From an uncultured archaeon (GTDB lineage Archaea > Asgardarchaeota > Lokiarchaeia > Sigyniarchaeales > SOKP01), in NCBI GenBank assembly GCA_964388035.1, contig CAYLZE010000138.1, positions 1 to 11,525 on the forward strand: a stretch of 11,525 nt of DNA, written 5' to 3'. Under the pieces are notes generated by a model. It was given only the letters and a program-made list of their open reading frames with translations, did no database searches and had not been told where the DNA came from. The translations under genes and the position numbers were made by a program. Positions 1 through 7,253 of this stretch are shown here, piece by piece (position 1 is the stretch's first letter; each line of letters begins with the position of its first letter).

Positions 1-618
1 ACCTTTTTATTTGGGTTTACTAAGGTTTTAAGATATTTGCGCAGAAAACCCGAATTAATCGAAACAGCAATGAAAGGGTTATTAAAATATTGGTCGGACT
101 ATAATGAAAGTTTTTTAGGAGAGGTGGGGGAATATCTTGATGTTGTTTGCATAAATGGTGATTTAGCAGAGCAAGCGGGGCCTATCATGAGCTTAGATAT
201 ATATGAAAACATGATAAAGCCGATTGAAAAAAAATTATCAGAAAAAGTTCATGAACTTGCTGATATTAAAATCAATTATCATTGTTGTGGTTCAGTTCCC
301 CTATTTATCCCCCATTTTTCTGAGATTGGGTATAATGCAATTAATCCAACGCAGATTTCAGCATATGACATGGATCCTTGTAGCCTTAAGAAGAGATTTG
401 GAAATAAAATTACGTTTTGGGGAGGTGCTTGCAATACGCAAAAGACCTTGCCGTTCGGGACTCCCGAACAAATTAGGCTTGAAGTAAAAAGAAATCTAGA
501 GTGTTTAAAACCAGGAGGAGGATATATTGCGGCAAACATTCATAATATTACCGCTGAGGTACCTCCTCAAAATATAGTAGCCATGTTTGATGCATTAAAT
601 GAATTTCGACGATATTGA
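1..618 (+). CDS. Uroporphyrinogen decarboxylase-like / MtaA-CmuA methyltransferase superfamily protein (5'-partial)
   Basis: Frame 1 is open from base 1 (TFLFGFTKVLRYLRRKPE...), so the track start at 37 is internal. It has an HxC motif (YHCCG), 'LKKRFGNKITFWGG', 'LPFGTPEQIR' and C-terminal 'PGGGYIAANIHNI..EVPPQNI.AM', all typical of the URO-D-like TIM barrel. Stop TGA 616-618. Confidence 0.88.
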   Translation, partial: TFLFGFTKVLRYLRRKPELIETAMKGLLKYWSDYNESFLGEVGEYLDVVCINGDLAEQAGPIMSLDIYENMIKPIEKKLSEKVHELADIKINYHCCGSVPLFIPHFSEIGYNAINPTQISAYDMDPCSLKKRFGNKITFWGGACNTQKTLPFGTPEQIRLEVKRNLECLKPGGGYIAANIHNITAEVPPQNIVAMFDALNEFRRY

Positions 619-674
619 AAAAAGAACAAAAATCTTATTATCGATACAAAAAACATTATCTTGGGAATTTTAAA

Positions 675-1679
675 ATGAAAAAAGCTAAAAAAATCATAAA
701 TAATCCCAAGGAAGTTGTTTCTGAACTTCTCGAAGGAATCATCGCAGCTTATAATGGTAAAATTAAAAAGTTAAATGGAGTAAATGCTCTGGTCAAAACG
801 AAGATTCCGAAAGGAAAGGTAGGATTGTTAATTGGTGGAGGAAGTGGGCATGAACCTCTTTTTCCGGGTTTTATTGGAGATAACATGGCGGATGGAGCCG
901 CATGCGGTCATATTTTTGCAGCTCCCACGCCCGATATTATTTTTGAAGCGACCAAAGCATTAAATCAAGGAAAAGGAGTATTATATTTATACGGAAACTA
1001 TGCGGGAGATAACATGAATTTTGACATTGCGAGCGAGATGGCAGAAGAAGCGGGGATTCAAGTAAAGACAGTACGGATTTGGGATGATGTGGCTTCTGCA
1101 CCCTCCGAAAGAATGGATGAAAGGAGAGGAATTGCCGGAGATCTATTTGTAATCAAGATAGCAGGTGCGGCATCTGCCACAAATGATAGTTTAGAAGAGG
1201 TGCTTAGAATAACGGTGAATGCACGCGATAATACCCGAACGATGGGTGTTTCTCTGGCAGCAGGTTCCATTCCGGAAACAGGAGAGCCCACGTTTGAACT
1301 ACCTGATGATATGATAGAAATTGGTATGGGACTTCATGGTGAACCAGGTGTCTCCAGAGGTAAAATGAGGGAAGCCGATCCATTAGTGAATGATATGATG
1401 GAGAGGATCTTACCAGATTTGCCTTTTAAAGAGGGGCATGAAGCATGTCTATTGATTAATAATTTAGGATCCACCACAATGATGGAAATGTTGATTGTTA
1501 ATCGCAAGGTTTATCAAATTTTGAATGAAAAGGGGATAAAGATACACGATACCATCATTGGAACCTATTGTACTTGTCAAGAAATGGCGGGATTGTCCAT
1601 AACGTTAATGAAATTAGATGAAGAACTCAAAAAGTATTATGATATGCCTGCAAATTCATTATCATTTAAAAAATTGTGA
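675..1679 (+). CDS. dhaK: Dihydroxyacetone kinase substrate-binding subunit DhaK (Dak1 domain)
   Basis: Motifs GGGSGHEP, NYAGD.MNF, RRGIAG and EIGMGLHGEPG (substrate-binding His). ATG at 675 (MKKAKKIINNP) matches the usual DhaK N-terminus better than the track's TTG at 615. Confidence 0.92.
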   Translation: MKKAKKIINNPKEVVSELLEGIIAAYNGKIKKLNGVNALVKTKIPKGKVGLLIGGGSGHEPLFPGFIGDNMADGAACGHIFAAPTPDIIFEATKALNQGKGVLYLYGNYAGDNMNFDIASEMAEEAGIQVKTVRIWDDVASAPSERMDERRGIAGDLFVIKIAGAASATNDSLEEVLRITVNARDNTRTMGVSLAAGSIPETGEPTFELPDDMIEIGMGLHGEPGVSRGKMREADPLVNDMMERILPDLPFKEGHEACLLINNLGSTTMMEMLIVNRKVYQILNEKGIKIHDTIIGTYCTCQEMAGLSITLMKLDEELKKYYDMPANSLSFKKL

Positions 1680-1684
1680 TTATT

Positions 1685-2323
1685 ATGCCCGCGAATTATC
1701 TTGATTTAAAGAAGACAAAAGAAATGTTCATTTTCCTATCTGAAAAAATGATTGAAAATAAAGATGTTTTAACCCAAGCAGATAAAGTAATAGGAGATGG
1801 GGACCATGGAGTTGGTATGGCAAGGGGATTTGAAGCGGTAAAAGATAAGTTAGAAAATTCTGAATTCACTAATTTAGGAGATATGCTTTCGACGATTGGG
1901 ATGAGCTTGCTTACATCAATAGGGGGGGCAGCAGGGGCTATATTTGGGGAATTTTTTCGAGGAGGGGGAAAAAATCTAAAAAATGAGTCAATTTTTGATT
2001 CCTTAATTTTATCACAAATGCTTAATGATGGATTGGAAGCTGTTAAAAAAAGAGGAAAAGCCTCAATTGGAGATAAAACGATGATTGATGCTCTTGAGCC
2101 CGCGACTCTAAAAGCCCGAGAAAGCAGGGCTCTGTCGCTAAAGGAAGCATCCCAAAATGTTGCTTCAGCCGCCAAAGAGGGCATGGAAAGTACGAAGAAC
2201 ATGATTGCCAAGGTTGGTAAAGCAAAAACCTTAGGAGAACGTTCTATTGGTCATGCCGACCCAGGAGCAATTTCTACATGTTTAATATTAAAATATCTCT
2301 CTGCCTTTATTAATGCTCAATAA
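1685..2323 (+). CDS. dhaL: Dihydroxyacetone kinase ADP-binding subunit DhaL (Dak2 domain)
   Basis: Motifs D..IGDGDHG, GGAAG, GDKTMIDAL, G+A..LGERSIGH.DPGA. Directly follows dhaK. Start is ATG 1685, or GTG 1676 overlapping the dhaK stop (GTGA). Confidence 0.92.
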   Translation: MPANYLDLKKTKEMFIFLSEKMIENKDVLTQADKVIGDGDHGVGMARGFEAVKDKLENSEFTNLGDMLSTIGMSLLTSIGGAAGAIFGEFFRGGGKNLKNESIFDSLILSQMLNDGLEAVKKRGKASIGDKTMIDALEPATLKARESRALSLKEASQNVASAAKEGMESTKNMIAKVGKAKTLGERSIGHADPGAISTCLILKYLSAFINAQ

Positions 2324-2368
2324 AATTGGATTTTAAAAAGAAGATTACATATTTATATGGAAAAAGCC

Positions 2369-2659
2369 TTAATTAATGGCCCCATTATCTTGAAGAATTT
2401 TTTGTTTTACATATTCTGCAGCAAGCCTCAAGCTTCCATCCTTTCGGAGAAAGCTACAATACGATAAAAAAAAGTTCCCTTCCATTAAATGTCCTGCCAT
2501 CCATCCAATATTCTCCTTTTTCAAAATTTCATGCTACTCTCTAATTCTCTTAAGTTGGGTCTCTTCATCGGGCTGTTGATGGAAAAGAAAGAACCTCAAA
2601 GTTTCATGGCATGAGATGGGTTTTCCTAGTTCATTTGCTTTTCTTTTAAATTTTCTTAT
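2369..2659 (-). pseudogene. Remnant C-terminal fragment of a probable clan GH-A (beta/alpha)8 glycoside hydrolase
   Basis: Minus frame reads IRKFKRKANELGKPISCHETLRFFLFHQQPDEETQLKRIRE*HEILKKENIGWMAGHLMEGNFFLSYCSFLRKDGSLRLAAEYVKQKILQDNGAIN*. Internal TAG at 2534-2536, final TAA at 2369-2371. GKPIxxxE, IGWxx(W) and LRKDGSxR resemble GH-A strands 7-8. No credible N-terminal part upstream. Confidence 0.5.
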
Positions 2660-2831
2660 TATTACTAAAATTCCGGTTTTTATAATCAATGAAAATATTT
2701 TCTTTTTTCCACATTGCCATCTCAAGTTGTTTCGATTGTTATTAAAATAACCATTATTATTATAATAATTTAAAAATCTAGAAAATAAAATAAAAATAAG
2801 AGCATTTTTATATAACATGTATGCAATATGA

Positions 2832-2883
2832 TTTATATATTAATCTTAAACCATTTAGTAATACAAAATAATCATTAATGATT
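2832..2883 (+). promoter_or_regulatory. Putative archaeal TATA box plus palindromic operator upstream of the RHH gene
   Basis: TTTATATA at 2832-2839. Perfect 14-bp palindrome AATCATTAATGATT at 2870-2883, ending 5 nt before ATG 2889. Confidence 0.45.
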
Positions 2884-2888
2884 GATTC

Positions 2889-3452
2889 ATGAAGGAAAAA
2901 ACCATAACCGTTCGGATATCTGACGTTCTCTGGGATGAAATTCAAGAGGTTTCCAAAGAAAAGGATTTATCTCAAAGCAAAATTACTCGTGCCGCCTTAG
3001 AAAAATATTTATTAAGAATGGGAAATCCATTTCCTCTAATATCATGGGGGAGAAATGAGTTTTCATTTGCCTTATCCTGCCTAAGCGATTTGGAATTAGA
3101 TAAATTAGCTGAAATTTCAGTCCAAAACGGTATTAAAACCAGAGATTATTTTGTAAATAATTTTCTTAAAACTGATAATCTGGAAGATTTTCAAATTACC
3201 ATACGAACAATCATATATATTCTCGAAAATTATGCTCTCAATCCCGAAGGACAAAATTGGTGCAAAACCATAAAAAGCATATGGAAAGGAAACTGGGTCT
3301 TAATCATTGGAACCCATGAAAATGGGCTCCATTTTTCAAAATATGTAAAATTCATTTATTTAAAATATTTTAATCTCTATTCTTATGACTTAATTAAAGA
3401 AGACTTACAACAAGATAAATTAACATTAGAATTTGAAAAACGTGACCTTTAA
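2889..3452 (+). CDS. Ribbon-helix-helix (CopG/MetJ/Arc-like) domain protein with uncharacterised C-terminal domain; putative transcription regulator
   Basis: N-terminus KTITVRISDVLWDEIQEVSKEKDLSQSKITRAALEKYL fits the RHH pattern (alternating beta strand, helix, S-x-S turn, IxRxAL helix). It is followed by about 145 aa of alpha/beta domain of unknown function. Confidence 0.75.
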   Translation: MKEKTITVRISDVLWDEIQEVSKEKDLSQSKITRAALEKYLLRMGNPFPLISWGRNEFSFALSCLSDLELDKLAEISVQNGIKTRDYFVNNFLKTDNLEDFQITIRTIIYILENYALNPEGQNWCKTIKSIWKGNWVLIIGTHENGLHFSKYVKFIYLKYFNLYSYDLIKEDLQQDKLTLEFEKRDL

Positions 3453-3520
3453 ATTTGGTCTCTAAGGAAATCCATTTGCTTTCAAATTTAGTTTAACATT
3501 AAAAATTCAAATGGATCGAG

Positions 3521-3688
3521 TCAAATTTCTCCAGTTCGAAATTTATTTCTGATTTCTTTTTGTTTTTGAGTAAGCACTAAATTTGTTAATTTGTTAATCT
3601 CTTCCAACCATTCCAATTTTTGTTTGGTGGAAAGTTCCTTGTATTTATTTATTTTTTCAACATCAACAGTATAATCATATCCATTCAT
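3521..3688 (-). CDS. Small 55-aa hypothetical protein, putative partner/antitoxin of the upstream nucleotidyltransferase (not in ORF track)
   Basis: ATG at 3688, 1 nt after the NTase stop (TAA-T-ATG), with GAGGAG at 3702-3707 upstream. Sequence MNGYDYTVDVEKIIKYKELSTKQKLEWLEEINKLTNLVLTQKQKEIRNKFRTGEI, TGA at 3521-3523. Amphipathic-helix pattern 'LSTKQKLEWLEEIN'. Confidence 0.8.
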   Translation of the reverse strand: MNGYDYTVDVEKINKYKELSTKQKLEWLEEINKLTNLVLTQKQKEIRNKFRTGEI

Positions 3689-3689
3689 A

Positions 3690-4184
3690 TTATTTACCAA
3701 GCTCCTCTTTCAATCTTTCTAATAGTTTCACATCACTTAAATCTTGATTTCTTCCAGCATGCATTTTCATGGTTATTAAATCATCCATGGCTATAAGATT
3801 TATTTCTATATCCTCTACTCTTTTTTTTATTCTTCTTTCGTATGCAACTTCGAAATTTAAGGGATGTACTAAGACAATATCTATTTCCTTAAAATTATCG
3901 TTTTTATTATAAAAAGAAAATGCCTTAAGATTTCGATTATTAATCCATTCATTTAATAAGATGGGGTCTAACAGATTTTTTGGATCTACGGGAAGACGTG
4001 GGATATATCCTAGGTCTTTCAATAACTCTAAAAGATTAAAGATATTTTCTTTTTCCATAGATATTATTATGTCTATGTCTTGAGTAACACGAGGTATGCC
4101 ATGTAAGTTAACCGCTAAACCACCAACGATTAGATATTTAACTTTTTTCGAATATAAAGCTTCTAAAATTTCAAAATAAAACAA
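3690..4184 (-). CDS. Pol-beta-superfamily nucleotidyltransferase (AbiEii/DUF6036-like), putative toxin
   Basis: YLIVGGLAVNLHG.PR.TQDIDI (GG plus DxD), a third acidic residue in EIDIV, and C-terminal 'LITMK..AGR.QDLSD'. TTG start with GAGGAG at 4196-4201. Confidence 0.82.
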   Translation of the reverse strand: MFYFEILEALYSKKVKYLIVGGLAVNLHGIPRVTQDIDIIISMEKENIFNLLELLKDLGYIPRLPVDPKNLLDPILLNEWINNRNLKAFSFYNKNDNFKEIDIVLVHPLNFEVAYERRIKKRVEDIEINLIAMDDLITMKMHAGRNQDLSDVKLLERLKEELGK

Positions 4185-4309
4185 AAATAATATTACTCCT
4201 CAATTTAATATTTTCATATATGATTTAATCTATAACTTTTTAATTTAAACATTTTGGAATCATTATATATAAAAAAATAAGAATTATTAATTTCAAAAAA
4301 GGAAAGGTT

Positions 4310-4356
4310 TAAATGATTATAAATGATATGTGTTACAAATCATTTATATATATAAA
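4310..4356. promoter_or_regulatory. Divergent promoter region: inverted repeat overlapping a palindromic TATA box
   Basis: TATAAATGAT (4318-4327) and ATCATTTATA (4339-4348) form a perfect 10-bp inverted repeat. TAAATGAT is a direct repeat at 4310 and 4320. TTTATATATATAAA (4343-4356) ends 22 nt before ATG 4379. No SD, consistent with a leaderless or short-leader mRNA. Confidence 0.55.
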
Positions 4357-4378
4357 GTTATACAATATTAGATGAATT

Positions 4379-7078
4379 ATGAATGATTATAACTATGGCT
4401 CGGGACATTTTGGCGAATGGATTAAAGATGAGTTTGGATTACCAGCATATCGTTATACTTGTAACCAAATTAAGGATCCTAACGCCATTTCTCCTGTTAA
4501 CAAGAAAATTACTAATCCAAATGAACACCTCTTTTTAATAGGAAATAATCGATTAGTGGGCGTCGCGTCAAATTATGGTTATGTACGGATTAGACAAGAT
4601 GAAGGAAGTCCAAAATTCATAAATGATTATTATCCGGAGATAAATCAATATGCGGGGGGGTTTGGCTATCTTTTTGATGGGAATTCGATTATTAGTACAT
4701 TTTATCAGGGAAGAGAGCAGAATGTGGAGAGGATATATGGAATTAGTTATTTTAGAAAACGACTTCAACTTGAAAATTACGAAATAGATCAATATCTGTT
4801 TGCTCCTTACGGGGATGTTCCTTTAATTATCTCGCAAGTAAAGGTAAAAAATAATCGTGATGTTGCCGTAGATCTCCAATGGTATGAATATTGGGGAGGA
4901 TTTAATTATCAATTTTCTTTTGAAGGAATAATGAAGGCCATAAAGGACAAGGATATCTCTGCTGCTCCAGAACTTCGAAGAGAGAAAAGTAAAAAATTTA
5001 AAAACAAGTATTTTCTTATCAATGAGAAGAAATGTCTTTTAAATGTGAAACATGATTCAAATTTAGTGCTCCCAGAAGGATATCTAGAAGCAATGGAAGT
5101 CATAAAAGACAAACGCATCAAGCAAAAGCGTCCCAGCTTTGAGGATCGATATCCTCCACCTCTTTTCCTGCTCTCACTGGATGAGGATGTTGATGGATGG
5201 AGGACAGATGCAAATGATTTTTTCGGCAATGGTGGAGTGAACTCGCCCGTAGGAATTAAAAAAGAATTTCAATCAGAGATGACGGCAGAAGGTCCAGAAA
5301 GTTCCCTGATAATGATGCGAATGTTTAAATTAGAACCCGGTGAAGAAAAAACGCTTTACTTCGCATTTGGATATCTTGCAGAAGATTTTAATTTAGAAGA
5401 TTTGACTACTCAATATCCTCAGGATTTGGATTCATTACTTTCGCAGACGATGAAGAAATGGGATGAGAACCGCATCAAATTAATCATCCCAAACCTGACT
5501 TGGGTTGATAGAGAGCTAGCTTGGCATCATTATTATCTTAGAGCAGCCATGACATATGATAGTTTTTTCATGGAACATATCCTCTCTCAAGGGCATGTTT
5601 ATCAATACATCGTTGGATTTCAGGGTGCAGCAAGAGACCCATTGCAGCACGTTTTCCCTTTCGTATTATCTGACCCAACGATTCTAAAAGAAATTATTCG
5701 ATATACATTAAAGGAAGTGCAAGAGGGAGGTGAAATTCCATATGGGATAACGGGAAATGGCATGATCATGCCGGCTCCATGGAAGCCCAGTGATTTAGAA
5801 TTATGGCTCTTGTGGGTCGCAAGCGAGTATGTTTTAGCTTCTCGCGATAAGGATTTTCTGAACGAGGAAATACCCACTTATCCCATACATGGTAGAAAGG
5901 CAGGAAAGGCATCGGTTAAAGAATTGCTCAAACTCTGTCATGTCCATTTCTCACAACATACGGGTAAAGGAAAACATGGCTTGCAAAGGCTTTCAAATGG
6001 AGATTGGAATGATATGGTAGTGATTGGAAGTTATACGGAAGAACAGCAAAATGAAATCCGAGCGAAGGCAGAAAGCGTCTTGAATTCCGCAATGGCCATA
6101 AAAGTTTTATCTTATTTTGCTGAAATGCTAAGGTTTGTTAGTGAGGATGCACTTGCATTGGAAGTAATGGAGTATTCCAATTCTTTGAAAAAGGCTGTAC
6201 ATGATCAATGGACGGGGAAATGGTTTAAACGTGCTTGGCTCACGGAAGAAATAGGTTGGATTGGAGAGGATAGAATGTGGTTGGAGCCCCAACCTTGGAT
6301 CATTATAGGAAATACTGCAGATAAACAGCAAGAAGAAATACTCATGACTTCATTAAATGAATTGGTTCGAAAACCTTCTAAAATTGGGGCGACATTGCAC
6401 AGCAAACCATTATATGAGAGAGTAAACCCCGTGGGGATGGGTACAAATGCGGGAATTTGGCCTTCAATTAATGGAACGTTGGTTTGGGCTCTTAGTTTAG
6501 TTGATAAAAATGCTGCTTGGGATGAATGGAAAAAAAATAGCCTCGCAAAACACGCAGAAGAATATCCAAAAGTATGGTATGGTATTTGGAGCGGTCCCGA
6601 TACGTATAATTCCGAATATTCTAAATATCCCGGACAGACGATATTTGATGAGTTTTATTTAACGGGAAATCCCGCAGATCACTCCACCGAACTCGAGCTT
6701 GGAGGGTTAAACTGGACCGACTGGCCCGTATTCAACCTGCACCCTCACGCTTGGCCACTATTTAACACCAAGCATTTAATTGGGGTGGAATTTACTAAAG
6801 AAGGCCTGGAAATTACTCCATCATTGCCATTCGAGCAATATGAATATTCTACGCCCATTTTAGGGTTTAAAAAAGATCAAAAAGGATATTCTGGATGGTA
6901 TGCTCCAAAGAAAGAAGGAACTTGGACCATTACTATTACATTGTCTACAGAAGATTTAAACCGATTAACATCAATTACCATAAATGGAAAAACGCAGTCT
7001 TTAATAATTAGAGAGGGTAAAATTGTCTTTACTGGGACGTCTGAGGCTGAAAAACCTTTAAAATGGATCGTTAATTAA
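4379..7078 (+). CDS. GH94-like (cellobiose/chitobiose phosphorylase-related) glycoside phosphorylase/hydrolase, divergent
   Basis: 899 aa with a beta-rich N-terminal region and an (alpha/alpha)6-type C-terminal region. Motifs ARDPLQH (cf. GFRD..QD), SDLELWL..V..Y (cf. SDD.LWL), GKHGL...GDWND (catalytic Asp motif), AESV, W.G.WF.RA, WLEPQPW and NAGIW. No obvious signal peptide. Confidence 0.8.
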   Translation: MNDYNYGSGHFGEWIKDEFGLPAYRYTCNQIKDPNAISPVNKKITNPNEHLFLIGNNRLVGVASNYGYVRIRQDEGSPKFINDYYPEINQYAGGFGYLFDGNSIISTFYQGREQNVERIYGISYFRKRLQLENYEIDQYLFAPYGDVPLIISQVKVKNNRDVAVDLQWYEYWGGFNYQFSFEGIMKAIKDKDISAAPELRREKSKKFKNKYFLINEKKCLLNVKHDSNLVLPEGYLEAMEVIKDKRIKQKRPSFEDRYPPPLFLLSLDEDVDGWRTDANDFFGNGGVNSPVGIKKEFQSEMTAEGPESSLIMMRMFKLEPGEEKTLYFAFGYLAEDFNLEDLTTQYPQDLDSLLSQTMKKWDENRIKLIIPNLTWVDRELAWHHYYLRAAMTYDSFFMEHILSQGHVYQYIVGFQGAARDPLQHVFPFVLSDPTILKEIIRYTLKEVQEGGEIPYGITGNGMIMPAPWKPSDLELWLLWVASEYVLASRDKDFLNEEIPTYPIHGRKAGKASVKELLKLCHVHFSQHTGKGKHGLQRLSNGDWNDMVVIGSYTEEQQNEIRAKAESVLNSAMAIKVLSYFAEMLRFVSEDALALEVMEYSNSLKKAVHDQWTGKWFKRAWLTEEIGWIGEDRMWLEPQPWIIIGNTADKQQEEILMTSLNELVRKPSKIGATLHSKPLYERVNPVGMGTNAGIWPSINGTLVWALSLVDKNAAWDEWKKNSLAKHAEEYPKVWYGIWSGPDTYNSEYSKYPGQTIFDEFYLTGNPADHSTELELGGLNWTDWPVFNLHPHAWPLFNTKHLIGVEFTKEGLEITPSLPFEQYEYSTPILGFKKDQKGYSGWYAPKKEGTWTITITLSTEDLNRLTSITINGKTQSLIIREGKIVFTGTSEAEKPLKWIVN

Positions 7079-7100
7079 CCATAAAGAACAAAATAAAGAT

Positions 7101-7138
7101 GTGAAGTAAATATGAATTCATACTTTTTTTTATTTCAC
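7101..7138 (+). terminator. Putative terminator after the GH94-like gene
   Basis: GTGAAGTAAA (7101-7110) can pair with TTTATTTCAC (7129-7138, one G-U). These arms enclose the palindrome TATGAATTCATA and a T8 run (7124-7131). Confidence 0.45.
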
Positions 7139-7253
7139 CAAGATCTTTTATAAATCAATTATCAAAGGATTTTTATAATAATTAAGCGAACAAATGTTAA
7201 AATTTATATGAATTAAATAATTTATCTGATCTAAATAAAAGGAATGATGAAAT

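Noticed and set aside
615-674. 20-aa N-terminal extension of DhaK from TTG 615
   Set aside because: DhaK similarity begins at ATG 675, and the extension looks like translated intergenic DNA.
224-2225. Track ORFs 224..487(+), 279..539(-), 1058..1291(-), 1696..2211(-), 2043..2225(-)
   Set aside because: Shadow frames lying wholly inside well-supported genes, with no recognisable motifs.
2534-2536. Pyrrolysine read-through of the TAG
   Set aside because: The frame is a truncated fragment with other apparent degenerative changes, it is not a methylamine methyltransferase, and there are no pyl genes in the window.
2756-2769. Palindrome ATTATTATAATAAT
   Set aside because: Pure A/T low-complexity sequence, not informative.
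2660-2818. N-terminal part of track ORF 2534..2818 as a real 94-aa protein
   Set aside because: It translates AT-rich promoter-like DNA (N/I/F/K-rich). Only the part below about 2659 looks protein-derived.
3470-3516. 9-bp inverted repeat ATCCATTTG/CAAATGGAT between convergent genes, as a MITE or insertion end
   Set aside because: Too short, with no target-site duplication or matching end on the other side of the NTase module. At most a weak terminator.
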